A stretch of 63,977 bases of DNA, counting the filler, from Basidiobolus ranarum (lineage: Eukaryota), in the NCBI GenBank assembly GCA_040143965.1. It is 3 parts of 3 records of this genome, joined end to end, with 100 filler letters (N's around TTAATTAATTAA, not from the genome) between each part and the next. Parts side by side here need not be neighbours in the genome. Positions count along the whole stretch, not along the records: positions 1 to 22,002 come from JASJQH010000194.1; 2 more parts are not named here. One strand, given 5' to 3'. Shown one piece after another: positions 1 to 13,724 of this stretch. The position numbers were made by a program, and so were the translations under genes. Every line of letters starts with the position of its first letter. Position 1 is the first letter of the stretch. The notes below the pieces were generated by a model that saw nothing but the letters and a program-made list of their open reading frames with translations, was not told the origin of the DNA and searched no databases.

Positions 1-210
1 ACCTTCCTTTCTGCATATGACCTTTGCCTCTTAATACTATATTTACATCCTCTGAAATTGATCACATTGGTCATCAAGTTAAGTATGGATATCATCCAGT
101 ATTGTTACAGCATGTTAAAAGATTGATGTCTTGATTGTCACTTTGTTTAGATTAATATATAAGCTAAATAAAGTCCACACCACCTGGTACTTTTCATCCA
201 CCTTAACCCT

Positions 211-400
211 CTGAAACATGTGTGAAAATTTTGGAGCTTCTAGAAAAAGCTTGAAAAAATATATATCTGAGAATATTTAAGTTGGTAAGAATATTCTAAG
301 TAAATTCTAATAGAGAATAATTGTTGATATCTTAGTGAAATATGAGATAGATAATAACTAGGTGATAGATGACTATATATGTGCTTAGACAATGCCAATT
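211..400 (+). repeat. Diverged partial copy (3' ~60%) of the copia-like LTR family
   Basis: Aligns by eye with 21455-21636 and 44178-44380 (catgtgtg.aaa.tttgg.gcttctag, tatatatctgagaa, atatcttagt, gactatata.gtgcttag.caatgc.aattt). Confidence 0.7.
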
Positions 401-1879
401 TACATTAAAGATATATGTGGAAAAATATTTTCAACAGGGGTTGTAACCCTTGGTATATGTGTACAGCAGGGCCTATCCTATTTTAATAATATTTCCTGTC
501 ACACCACTTATAAATTTGTACCACCTTTGTATTGCAGAGCAAATGTAGCCCAAAATTTAGCTTTACCATTTGTATTACTTAGATATATAGAGACAAACAC
601 ATACAGAGTCATATGTATTTGCTCTACAGTATTTAACAGCCATAAATGATAGAATATATTCAGCTAATACTTTACTTATTAGTTTCACTACCTATATCTA
701 TATAAAGATATTTAGCTGTTCAATATGTCAATCTTTATATTTAAGTTGTAGAGTTTTTACTGATAATCATAAATATAGTTGATATTTGATTATCATCAAA
801 GTTCTGCTATACTTGAGATGTTGATTGTAGAAGTGACATTCATATTGAGCTGTTTGTACAAAATTAGTTTCAAATCAATACATATTCAACCATGTATATT
901 TTAAGAATTTTCCAAGACAAGCTAAGAGCACATGGATATTCACTGACTACATGTTCCTGAGTCCTAGTTTTAGTTGTCTCAAAGTTTGTTTATTGGTGTT
1001 TTGTTGCTAATTATTTATACATCTAATAAAATTTTTTATGTTTACGGTCTAATATATCAAATATCTTCTCTTATTCAAGAGTCAATCACAACATGCACGC
1101 AATTTTCTAGTGGTAAAATATGATTATATTGAGTAAGGTAAGGTGTTAATAGTTGGGGAAAATTGGCATTAATCTAGTTACCATCGTATTGATCTCTACG
1201 GTATTGATTTCAAGTCAGCATTCAAGTTTTTACGACAATAGAGTGTGGTAAATATAGTTGTACATAGGAGTCCGGGTACCACAGCTGTGGCCGTACTTTT
1301 GGTACGACAATAGGATATCAATGTATAGAGTGTAATCTATTTGGTCTGCACATGATGAAGTCTGGACTATACTCTTTTCATCAAGGTGTATTCCAATGAT
1401 CGGTACTCAATAGCTTCCAGAGAGTGACCAAGGTTGTACCGGTATATTTACCTAGAAATTGGAAATGATGTTGACTACCACCACATTATGCTGAATTCTC
1501 CCTCATGAGACCAAATTCTAAGTTTACAAAAGTGATGCTGAAAATGAAAGCCAATGTAATCTTCACTGCCTTAATATCGTGACAATTCAATTTCGACTGC
1601 AACACTGAAAAGGAAAGCATAAGTCTCTAGTAAGTTAAGAGGGTAGGACCTTAATGGTATCACAGTGATTTACTTCGTTGTCGTTTCTTTATTATTGTGA
1701 GCAAAATGTCTAGAACTCCGAGAAGTCAAAGATCCAAATTCTGAAGATGTTATTCCGTAAACCAAGGCATGATTTTCAGCTTATGCTACATTACATGAAG
1801 TAAATTGGAATCCGGCACTTGGTTCAGGAGGATATAGACAGAGTTAGCATTTCAATGAATTATATACTGTGGCTATATT

Positions 1880-3782
1880 TTAAATCTGCTGTACGTCATT
1901 CTCAACTTGGCTAAAGGATTTTGTAACATGAGAATACTCGTATTTGATTAACACATTTCCATATGGCTTGGCTTCAATACAATATAGAGCGTTTAGTGGA
2001 ATATCAAGATTTGTCATTTGCCTCAATGGAATGTCCATGAAGTAGGCTAGTAATGAGCGCGTTAATGCCCGGTGTGTGACGATAAGCACGCTATTCCTAG
2101 TACGCTCCAATTCTACAATAACCGGGCAAAGTCTCTGGATCACATCACAGTAGCTTTCGCCACCCATACCGGGATATCTATAATAAAATTTACTAGTTGC
2201 GCGAGCCTTGAAATCTTCAGGATATCGTTCCTCGATTTCCTTGTATGTCATTCCTTCACAAATGCCAGCATAAATTTCATTCAGGAACTTCATATGCTTT
2301 ATGTCAAACTCTTCTGGATTGAAGTGCTCTGCCGTTTCAACCGCTCTTCGGAGCATACTAGTCCATACGGTTAGTTGAGGTGGAGTACTAGTTTCCGAGC
2401 ACCGGAAATTTCGTTGTTGCTCCGCCATGAACGCTGCCAATGCCTCGGCATACTCACAACCAGCATCAGAAAGCTATAGGTACATTCATGAATTTCAATA
2501 TGAGTACGATGAATCTGAAGCAATAGATATTACAAACTATATTACCGGAGCATCACCACCAATCTTTCCAACTTGGTTGTCCAAGCTCTCACCATGACGG
2601 GTTAACCAAATTTGTCTTTCAGCCAAATTCATATTCATTAGATAGAACACACATTGTCCAGCCAAGAAGGTTTGAATATTATGTGCAATAACCTAGTTAT
2701 TGATGAACATGTTACTTGTTGTGTCGGCACGTAATTGATGGCGTATATTTGCTCACCTTTTTGCCAACATTTATGATTTTGCAGTATTGAATATCTTCAT
2801 CTTCATCATCTTCGATTGTTTGATATGCACGTTCATAGTTGGCTACGCGTGCCTGAAAGTCCTCAGAAGCGGACTCGGATTCCTGATCTCTATAATCAGG
2901 CCCAGAAAGTTTTAATTGCATATTTCTAGCCAACACCTTCGGGTCGGTGCAAATACTTTCTACAAATAGGATATTTATATCGCTTTCTCTTGAGCAACGA
3001 TCAATGATTCTTTGTCTAAAGATAGTTAAATAAATGAGTACGAAGAATACATAAATAAAAAGAAAAGTGTCTCTCAACCTCCTCGCCTTTGTAGAATTGG
3101 TAGCATCTGTTTAGGTAGAATTGATGGATTTTTTACGATCAGTATCAGTTCTTGATTGTAGAGTGAAGATATAATGGAAGTTAAACCTAAGATTCCAACT
3201 TTTCCGCCTTCATTCAACCAGGTAATAACTTCGTTTAAAGTATCCATCGCAAGTTGGTCACGCAAGGATTTAGCATCCTCATTGTTTGGATTAAAGAAAT
3301 CGGAAGTATGGTTTTGTTTACAACCCGTTTTGACTTCAGCTTCTGCAGCACATGTTCTCCTTCTATTACCAACATTAAACACCTACAAGGTTTGGTGAAA
3401 AATAGAATTCCATCCAAGGTTAGGGAAGTGCTTCCTTATACACTCGATATTTCCCTATATTTACCATTGTTTTAAAGCCCAACCAAGACAAATAACGCTT
3501 CAACTTCTTTACTATGTAACTTTTTCCTCTAGCGGGCAAGCCGACTAAAGAAGGAAAAGCGGTAAGTGACCGTGCTGTAGGACTGCTGACTACCTTGCAG
3601 AAAACATACCCATAACTACCACGGCTTTAGGTCCGATTTCGTTTTTATATGCGTGAACATCTAAAGTACCAGTATGTTAGATAACAATCGTACTCAATAG
3701 GATTGAAACGCAAGGCACCTTTTCCAACTTTTTGAATAAAGGCTCCGGGCACTGGGGTCCATGAATTAGGGCCGAAGGTCAT
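1880..3782 (-). CDS. 6-phosphofructo-2-kinase/fructose-2,6-bisphosphatase (multi-exon)
   Basis: Spliced exons give MTFGPNSW..., P-loop [27 protein letters not shown], then phosphatase domain [31 protein letters not shown] and IVTH. Canonical GT-AG introns. Confidence 0.95.
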
Positions 3783-5879
3783 CCTTTCAAGTATGTTGTA
3801 TTTAAAGATTACGAGGCTTTCAAGAAAAAATAATAAGCAAGAAAAATAAGTAAAAGGTTTCAAATTAAAGTAGTTTTGTCAGAGGAGAAACGAGGGTAAT
3901 ATATAGAAACTAGTGTCATATCCTTAAACTCTATTAAATATTATAATTGTGTAGCTACAAAAGTGCTCACTCCCACGGTGCCACATATTTCCCATATTTA
4001 CTCACCGCCAAATGTCAGAATCCACTGTTTAGAAAGTGATGCAGAATTCTGTGAGTCCAAAAATAGAGAATTCCTGTCTCCTGAGCTGAACATCTACGAT
4101 AAACATTTAAAATACTCCGCCTATTACGGCTGGTAACAATCAGTGTGTCGAAACTATTTTAGCTGATAGGAAGACTACTTAATGAAGAAACCAAAACTGA
4201 TTTGGCGTGACAGGAGCTACGTTCGATTTCCGGGCATCCCTGAGTTTCCCAATATAATATAACTAAACACAAGTTGTAGATGCCTGTTGATAATGCTGCC
4301 CAGGCCAATTGGCATCAGTGCCATCCTACTCCTTATCCCGATACCGCTGCTTACAATTTGCCAACGAAGATACACTAAAATAAACATTCGGTTTATCTGG
4401 ATGGCTCGCACGTAGCAATTCGAAAACTACAAGTCAAGCGCACGTGACGGGCTTTTCATACACTGCCAGGCTAGAACACTATACCGAACTTGTTTGAGGA
4501 TGTGGTTGATCAGATTGGAACGATTTGCTACACATCAGTTGTGAAGATAATCAATTTTCTTTTCCCAAATCACGATGCCTACCATAATTAGAAGTGGCAT
4601 GTGAATGATTTGTGACTGCTCCCTCCAGTGGTCACTAGCCAATCAAGGCCAGTAATAGGCCAGCACTGCAGAACTAGAATGGGCCATAGCTATGATGTCT
4701 TAGCGTAGTACCCATTTCTTGCTGGACTCGACTTGGTAGGAATTGCCCATGTATGTCTATATCTCGATCAACATAGCCCAGTGCTTCTCTAGGAGTTGAT
4801 GGGAGCGCCTTTACACAGTCGCCTTTCAAGGGGCTCGAGTACCTATCCGAGCCAAACGGCGCCTTTTCCAACTCCAGGCCTTGATAACTCCTTTGAGTTG
4901 GCTATCAAGATGGATGCTATCGAATCTCATCCGTTGGATGGTTGCATGACCAATGTGTCAGATGTTAAATTTGTGGTGAGTGACTTCATTTCATCTGGGA
5001 TCAAATGCTATCTACAGATTATCTCCAACCCTCCAGCTAATTAAAGCTATTTGAGCGCTTTGTATGATGAGATTCCACTTGAGCGTACTTGTGTATTTCA
5101 TGTGACTAGAGAAATTGGAATCCAACTAATTCGAACTGGCTCCCATTTTAGCGATCTAGGACAGCTTTGCTTTTCTCCTAGAAAATATGACCGCGGTGGT
5201 TATCGATGAGTATGCAAATAAGGAGTAGCTTGTAATGTTATGGACAAAACACTAGACTCAAATGAGCATGTAGATTGTGTAACTCAACGATTCTTAACAG
5301 CACTGATAAGATCTAGCAATTTAGATTGTATGAGTCCCTTTCAAGCTCTTGACACGCTCCTCCCCCGACTTCATTATACCGTATTAAGCTCCCTTGCAAG
5401 TTATAGCTTTCTCAAGACTCATATTCACAATCTTAACGCAAACCTAGGACATTGATATTGTAGTTTGGAAAATTTCCATAGTGTGCGTGAAGTTACACAG
5501 CATTACCAATGCTGAGGTTTTTACATTTGGCTACGTACTTTGAGTTCATTGATGATCCTATTGTAGTTGGCTCACAGCTTCTTGCATAGTTAGTGTATCA
5601 TACTAATGACAAGATTTACTGTGTATATATTCAATATCTTAAGCGCTTTCAGTTAGTCAGCCATCCCAAAACCACCTCCAGTGCTCAGAGTTGAGCTGTA
5701 AGATTATTATTTTTTGGTGGTATGATTCATTATGGACTACTCGGATAGTTCGCGCGAATGAAATTAAGGAAAAAAGAAGGCAGTATACTTTTGTATCCTA
5801 AATGGCCAGAGTGAACTAAAAAAACAAGAATGTCACAGGGTAGAATCCTGATAGATTTTGAACTTCAAGTATGTACAGT

Positions 5880-6571
5880 CAACTGAATTTTATTGAAATA
5901 TTAGCTGAACACATGAAAGTTCTAAGCCTTGTTTAGCATATTTGATGTGCACTTACTGAATATCAGGTAAGTCACACGCATAATATGTATTAGCTTATGG
6001 GAAATACCAAGAAAAGGCAAACTGTTCAAATTTGTCGAAACTCTTCAACATCTTGGATACTCTTCGAATAAAGCACTAGGGTTATTCTCATCTACAATGT
6101 CAGTATAAAGAATTATTCTCAATTCAATAAAGCATTAAGTGCATAAATATATGTCTTGTAGGGACTTGGAATGGATAGGAAATGTTGGGGATAATTACAA
6201 CAATTATGTGTAGCTAATATACTATAAGAGTATTTAAAAAATCAGTATTGAAATATTTCAGGAGTTTGGAAGTGGTTTGGAGAACTAGAAGAATTGGTGG
6301 TTTTCACTTATTGTTTTATCAAGTAAAAAGTTGGCATTTATAATGTTGTCAAGATATAAACAAAAAGCATGTAGAATGTGCTAAGAAAGGTCCCAGAAGC
6401 ATGTGTGCAAAGTTTGGGGCTTCTAACACAAGTTATCAAAATCTATATATCTGAGAACTTCAAAGCAAATTCCTCTTGAGAATAGTTCGTGATACCTTAA
6501 TTCAATATGGAATAACTAAATACTAAGCTATTTATGACTATATAGGTGCTTAGGCTATGCTAATTTCAACA
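5880..6571 (+). mobile_element. Decayed Ty1/copia-like retrotransposon 3' end (RT/RNase H relic plus 3' LTR)
   Basis: Frameshifted relic peptides AY/DV..GKSHA*YV, ISLW/NTKKRQTV, SIKH*VHKYMSCRDL and VANIL occur in the order of the copia RNase H motifs (GYSDADW..RKSTSGY, ISW.SKKQ.TV, TKHIDIRYHFIRD, ADILTK). They are followed by an LTR-family copy at ~6264-6571 ending TTTCAACA. Confidence 0.6.
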
Positions 6572-6715
6572 ATTAGTACCTGTATTGTGGAATACTAATC
6601 ATACGCAATAGAAACTACCTGTACCGAGCACTCCACCACGATTAGCAATGACAGTGATAGTTTTCTGGTAGGTATCTTTACCAGCCTGTATCATAATGTA
6701 AAACCCACAGAACGT

Positions 6716-6825
6716 GTGATAAACACCAATAATCTGCAGAGGATTCTCAACTTTAAGAGGTTGAAGTAGCTCACGAGTATGGATATTTTTTGTAAGTAGA
6801 CCTATTGGTCACACTTGACAATTGA
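6716..6825 (-). mobile_element. Possible retroelement integrase relic
   Basis: Minus frame reads NCQV*PIGLLTKNIHTRELLQPLKVENPLQIIGVYH, resembling the CxxC of the HHCC finger followed by LQPL.V..P...IG.D of gypsy-type integrases. Short and degenerate. Confidence 0.3.
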
Positions 6826-7766
6826 AGTGTGATGTGTGTAGTTTCAGCCTGCCCTGTATAGTTTTGAATAATGTTTATGAAGTATTGTTTGACTCAGGAA
6901 AATTGTTTGGCAAGATATATCATTCATCACATCATTTCAGGATTACAATGTATTGCGCGTATACATATGTGCAAAAATTCTTGATCCAATTTCAAACGAA
7001 AGCAACACCACGAAGTTGCAGAGTGCTCTGAATGGCTTAACATGGGAGCTTGAGCTACATTTCGGTGCATGTCTCGAAGCTGCATGGCACTCTTTCTGCT
7101 AGACGTAATACGGATTTGTGTCGCGTAGACCAACTATTCGTTCTATTTATATCCTCTTAGAACTCCACTACGTACCTATTTGATCTTTGATTGAAACTAT
7201 AGTTGTAGACCTCTTTGCAGGGCTCACTTATTTTGGAACCGGTTTGGAATGTGAACTTAATTTCTACATTCCCTCTGATTGGCACAAGGTGTATAATGTG
7301 TTGGATCATTTCGTAGTCTTGGGAACTCACGAGCTATCCTAAATTGAGCTTTGATGTCCTTTTATTGAGCTATCCTAAATTGATGAGACGGGGATTTATG
7401 ATCACTAAGTGATAAATACGGAAGTTTATCAACTATTGTTAGAATGAAACTATGTTCGAAGGCACAATGATTAATATTTTGAGTCACAGCGATTCTCTTC
7501 TTTTTGCTAGTCCCATTCCATAACCACTAAATTATCACCTCAATAAACCAAGCAACCCCTTACGGCATGCATCATATTGGTTAGCAATTAAAACAATAAT
7601 AGAAACCTCATCTAACTGTTGATGTATAATTGATAAATGCATAACGGAGCATTTTAATGTGTAATGTGCGCAATGTCGTCGTGGACAGGGCTACGTTGTA
7701 AGTATATATAATCTTGCCAATTCCTGAAGTTTTTAGTATTAATTTCTTCTCCACTACTGCATAATC

Positions 7767-8162
7767 ATGAAATTCCAAATAACTGCTGTTCTTTTTAGCA
7801 TTGCTTCTTTGGTTGCTGGACAACAGCCAACTTCCATTCCTGCTGATATTAGGAGTGCTATTCAGAGTGCGATAAACAATGGAGGCGGTTCGACTGCCGA
7901 TATAAACTCGTTGATCTCTCAAGCCTCTTCATTGTTGGGAACTAATTTTGCTTCTGTCACTTCTCAATTCTCCTCTGAGATCGCTTCTGCTTCATCAGCT
8001 ATGGCAGCACCATCGGGTGGCAACAAAAGCGTAGCAGGAGCTTCTCCTTCAAAGACTAACACGCCCACTGCTTCAAGTCCAACAATAACTTCCAATGGCA
8101 ATACTTTAAGCATGTCCGGATTATCACTTGTAGTCGCATTTGCATATGGATTATGGAACTAA
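7767..8162 (+). CDS. Small secreted Ser/Ala/Thr-rich, probably GPI-anchored cell-surface protein (131 aa)
   Basis: Signal peptide MKFQITAVLFSIASLVAG; S/T-rich linker; C-terminal TSNGNTLSMSGLSLVVAFAYGLWN typical of a GPI signal; TATATA at ~7703. Confidence 0.8.
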   Translation: MKFQITAVLFSIASLVAGQQPTSIPADIRSAIQSAINNGGGSTADINSLISQASSLLGTNFASVTSQFSSEIASASSAMAAPSGGNKSVAGASPSKTNTPTASSPTITSNGNTLSMSGLSLVVAFAYGLWN

Positions 8163-10458
8163 GCCCTCAATTCATGATATCATCACGACATGGTACTTAC
8201 CTTCTGTACTACATCTATTACGTTCACATTTACTTCCGAATAATCTCCATCGTAACTAAGGCAAATGGCTCTATTTAGCTATGCCAATAACAGTACAACT
8301 GAACATTTCATTGTACTAGGAGAATGAATAATAATTCACTGTTTCATAATAAATATGAATGAATATCATGAACAACGCTGAAAGACCGGTCTAGCTACCT
8401 AATCATCATTTGCGTGAATCCTAACATGCTAGCTGGCTATCAATTCTATGTGCTCTTATATACTCAAGTTGGCCAAGTATTCCTAGCACCGACTTGCTCT
8501 TCAAAACTTAATAATTGTTAGTATCACTTAAGAAAGTACGTTGTTTTCATCGAGGATAGGATAAGATAGTAATGATGAATTAGGCTCAAGTTGAAATAAT
8601 TCGAATGAGAGCCCCATATAGAACTAAATACTATTGGAAGTTACTTTATTATGAGATTTTGGGCAAAATTGACATTAAAGAAAAGTAATAACATGATTGT
8701 ATTCGTAAGATGCTGGAAAAGCCGGGAGAAAGTTGGGGAGCTTTAGACTGGTTTGAAAATGATGTCTTTTCTTAGCATATTTATGCCCAAGATATGTTGG
8801 ATTTGAATTGGAAGTATTAGGATTCAGCACCTGTATTCATAAGTTTAATTTGGTACATTTAATGCTTGTACACTGAATAACCCCAACAGCCTTGTGCTAC
8901 TATTAAATCGGAACTTTACAGAAACAATAAATAGTATTACAAGGCCACTGTGATGTTAACAATCTAAATGAAAGAGTGCTTTCAATGTATCTTTGGAAGA
9001 ACAAATAATTTGAGGGTAAATTCAATACAAACTGATTAAAGGAGTCCTAGTTCGTGGCCAATTCAAAGTTAAAACTGATGTCCGCTGACTCCCGAGCTTC
9101 CGTCAGGTATTGTAGATGTTCAAGTTTGTAGCTTGTGTACTGACCGAGAAATTACGCTGAAAGCATTATTAATGATCAAGATCTATTATGAAAGCTACCG
9201 GGTTGTATCCCTTTTATTGTAGGAATCATAGATATTAGGGGAGTGTAACTGATTATTGGAGCAGTCTACGCAAACTATTTAAAAAAATTGCTTATCAGCG
9301 TTTTGTTGTGAGTTCATCCTATACTATGTAAGTATTGAGTTTCCGATTCAAGTTTGACATAGTGGATGTACAACTTGGCTAATCTATGTGTCTGATTGGA
9401 CGGATAGTTAATAGTTCAATTTAGCCTGTGAACTTCCAGAGAGGTATCCCGAGGTAGTAAGCGGATAGTACTCTGTGACTTCTTATTATTCCCATGTATC
9501 CGGATACTCTGATATTTTCATATCCAAATGCATACACGTGAATTTGACAGGCCTATTAAGTAAGAAAGAAGTATATCCAAGTTCAAAAATATGAACTAAA
9601 ATGCGATTCAAGAGTGACTGTTCTGCAATGATGATGCTATTTTTGAACCTCATTTCACACTCGACTTTCATTAAATATTGTTAATGCCAATAAATTCTTG
9701 AATTTCTTCCGGATCTCCTATCAATGTTGGTTTGGATTTTAGTACATCAAGAATAAGGAATTACCAGTATCAACTGGCGCTATGCTGCCTAAATACTCAT
9801 TAATTAAGGATATTGATTTTACCAGGATGGTCTCCAACTTCTCATGGAACTCAACATAAAAGCCACCTTTGCGGTCAGTAAAATCTCTCTAACACTAGGA
9901 AATACGAAGCTATCACCATATCAAGTATAGTGCGCTGATACTAGACATCTTGAATTCTAGATCAAGACTTTTGGGCTAAAAACTGTCCAGCCGTTGCACC
10001 CAATTTAAGAGCACTACCAATGGAACTCTAACTGAATCGTAGGAATATTTTGGAGTGTACCACCATGACGATCATTCGCAAGCCAAGGTCGCCCAAGGGA
10101 TTTGATCTTGTAAATAGTGCTTTTCTATTACCGTTGTTCTCAACTAGTTATACCTTTGATGGTAGTGTTGACCCAGATGTATTTCGTTAGTGGGCTTTGG
10201 ATGCATATTCCTCTTCATATAGCATAGAATGACCTTCTGTCTGGCCATAATTATAGCGCTAATACATAGTTTATTAATAAATTATACACCCGAATAACTA
10301 TATTCGGTAAATAATAAATGTGATGAAATAGAGATTTAGAACTATCCGAAGAGCTCGGTATGGTATATGTAAATTACAGCTATGATTTGCGTCACAGAGA
10401 CTTAGACACTGAGATGGATGAAAAAGCTATTTACAGCTCCACTGCAAATACTTCTCCC

Positions 10459-12108
10459 TCATGCATTTCGTTGATTCTCCCAGGGCTTTACTAATTCTAT
10501 GTGAATAGAGCGTAAGTTCGGTCTTGCCAGACGTAATTCCTTAATGATAGAATTTTCACTGCGGAAGGAGTTGATTCTTTTCAAGCTCAAGGAATTTAAC
10601 CTGCATCCATACTTCTCTATATCTGATACTGAGCTATCCTCTACTTCGATACCAGTCATCGTCAAATGACGTAAAGTACTTCCGGATCGGCCCATGAAAT
10701 CCTGGAACCTTAATGGGTTAGCCTTAGGTCTGTGGGCGTTGTGCTTATGCTCCATAATAATCAGACTTTCCAAACCCAAGGTGCAATCAAAAATAGTAGA
10801 CAAAGCATTCTCCGTAACAAAGCATTCGGAATATTCCAGATATCTCAAACTCTTCCCACACCCGCGTACAATAGGGCAAACAAAATTATCCTCGTGGTGT
10901 TTAACGGTTAGTTTACGAAGTTGAGTACAATATTTCGCCACACTACCAGAAATCATATCTCTAAAGTTTCCAAAACTCTCATTGAAAGTGACTTCCACAA
11001 GGGAATCAGCAATTCCGGCGAAGAAATTCTCCCAGAGTTCCACACTTCGCTGATAAAAGAAATATTCACTGGAAGAAGGGCTAATAAGCCCCAGCTTAAG
11101 TGTAGTCAGCGTTCTTTGCGTGCAGCTTGCTAAAGATTCCAAGGAATCGTCGTCTAATTCAAAACGATGTAACGATAGCTCCGATAAAGCTTTCAGTGAA
11201 GTAAATACTCTGACTAAACTAAGCGGGGTTTTTGAAGTACGCGCGACGCTTAGTTGTAACCTAGTTATACGTTTACCAACTCCGTTGGCAAATTCATTGG
11301 CAATACAATTGATCTGATATTGGGCTAAAGAGTTTGTTACGATACTCAAACTGTCTAATCGGGGACAATTTCTGGACAGCCCGTCGGTTTCGTGCCCGTT
11401 AAATGTATAACTTTCAATCTCTAAACTCTGAAGGTTGGGTAACTTTGAAGTAAATCCTCGAATGAAATGTGCTTGGTTCTCTCCCACTCCATATTCGGAA
11501 TTAATGACTTTGAGATACTTGAGAGAACCAACCTTTTCAATGCTCATCCACTCGGTGAAATCTGATACTTCATTCAAAGAGTTGATACGAATTGACAACC
11601 TCTCTAGGCGTGGACAGAGAATAACTAATCTTTGGAATACCCCTGGTCCATCGGTAGCGCAATAATCTAAATGATCTATTCGACGTAGATGCCAGGACTT
11701 TTTAAATTTCTCGGGCTTCAGTGTGCGTGCCAACATGTAGCCAATATTTTGGAGATTGGGAAGATATGGCAATAGATCGGTACTGAGTGATTTGCTTTCA
11801 TAGGGCCATTCTTGAATGTAAGAGGCGACTAAATCCAAGAGAATTAGCTTATGGACGCCAGAGAAGGTTTAAGAGAAGAATTTGAAATACATACGCAACG
11901 GGTTCTCTTCGATCATGGCTAAACATAGATCTTTAGCCTCCTTGGTAGTGAGCACAGGTTTTCTCCACAGCACGACATTGGCGATACTGTTCCACCTTCT
12001 GCATACCAGTGTGCACTGGTATAAAGAAGAAACATCGTGCGTGGCATTGGGCAACAAGGAGAATATGTTTCCTAACACTTCACTGGGTAATCGAGCCATC
12101 AAGCACAT
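10459..12108 (-). CDS. F-box / leucine-rich-repeat (RNI-like) protein
   Basis: F-box LPSEVLGNIFSLL...LYQCTLVCRRWNSIANVVLW; intron 11829-11894 (GTATGT..TTAG) joins it in frame to LRRs such as CPRLERLSI, LPNLQSLEI, CPRLDSLSI, CTQLRKLTV. Confidence 0.88.
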
Positions 12109-13724
12109 ACGATGAAAGAAGGAATAAATATCGGACTGTGTATTACCAAACTCCAGACTCAGCCTACCTCTTATATACTGTCGTCATTAGCCAGCACCCC
12201 CATTGAGCCAATGACTGAACCAGCGATGCGAACTTTATCCGATACAAAGGTTATTCCAAAACGAGTCTCAAATTGAAATCATTGATTTCTGCAATGAGTT
12301 GCAATATCAATTACTTAAGGACATTTAAAGATTGTTTGATATGTTATATTTGGTGATATTTATCTACATGGCTCATACCAATTAAATCAACAATATTGAA
12401 GTGCCTCATGACCAACTGAACGACAAACTCAGACCGGCTTCTCGGTTAAAAAGAGCTTTCAGATAGGAAACGTCAAGCCAGTTATCCCCCCTTACCTTAA
12501 CCGGATCCATTCAGTGTGGTCGGAACCAGAGAGGTTTTTACGTTGGTTGTGTACGAATCGATAAGAACACATATACAATCCACAAATTACAACAATCCCG
12601 CTTTCGCTCAAGTCAAATCTGGCTCTCTTTTGTCTCTCACTGATTCCATTTTCTACGTTATCAGCAGAGCAATTCTCCAGAAAATCGAAATGTCACCAAT
12701 GGTGGATCTCCTAACAAATGTCCGCTAATCACTGAAGAATCAGTGTCGCTCTGAAAAAATGACAGCTCACATGAGCTTATCGTCACTCCCATTATGTGAT
12801 GAATATTACACTTGATTGGTCACGTTACCATTGAATTGCTCAAACCATCGAAGCACTTGTATTATTCGCTTCGCATATGGAGTTAAATGGGATGTGCCGA
12901 TACTCGCTTGTCATTCTGGTTGTTGTTTCGTGAAGATTATTACTTCGTTCAACAAAGCGCTATCCGGGATAAATTCAACCAAGTTCATTCACCAACGAGT
13001 CATTCTTTCTCATGTGAAACGTCGGTTGTTACGAGGAAGTGGCAGAATTGACCTGATCGATGAATCCCTTTGAGGATTTGTATACCAAAATATCGTGTAC
13101 GGAGATTTCTGGTAACCTTTGATATTTCACTTTCAGCAATTGATTGTCAAGAACATCTACGGTACTTTGGCTAGAGGACTCGTAGAATGAGAGTGCAGGG
13201 GTATTTTGATCCAAGCCATTCACCAACACCGCTTCCCAAGCGAAGGAATCCGAGGACTGGGATCAAGTAGAGAATATAATGGCTACCTCTAACTCGCAGA
13301 AATATACAAGGTTTGCTGGGCAGTATGTTTGCTGTATTCATGATAGATTTATTAGCGGTTTAAACTCAATGGTGATACTTATAATTAGCTCCTGTTTTAA
13401 TACAAATAGGTTGTTAATTCTCCCTAGTCAAGTTGATATATGAGTCAGGAGCTATGCTAGACAACTCCCTAATATAAGAAACTATAATCAATCTGTATAT
13501 GGATAATATTGCTGTAGTCATGTAGCTGGCCGCACAGCATAATTAGCATCGATTTCATTTAACCCGTAGCAGCCTACCTGTTACTTGTAATACATCATCT
13601 ATATCATAATGACCTACACAACATGCATTGCTTTTCCATTGAAAGTTGGAATATGGATATTTTCATTGCATAAATCGATCTTTTTTATTATTGTAATCAG
13701 TGCCTTGATTGTCAGAAGAACCAG

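Noticed and set aside
428-452. TTTTCAACA followed by GGGGTTGTAACCC as a possible LTR end plus primer-binding site
   Set aside because: Too degenerate relative to copia-type PBS sequences and offset from the aligned LTR end; not supportable.
4674-5455. Cluster of short ORFs (65-82 aa) in intergenic DNA
   Set aside because: No recognisable motif or consistent splice model; possibly a relic but unsupported.
12780-12815. IHHIM..D stretch suggesting an NRPS condensation HHxxxDG motif
   Set aside because: Needs a frameshift and I could not find convincing flanking NRPS motifs; likely chance.
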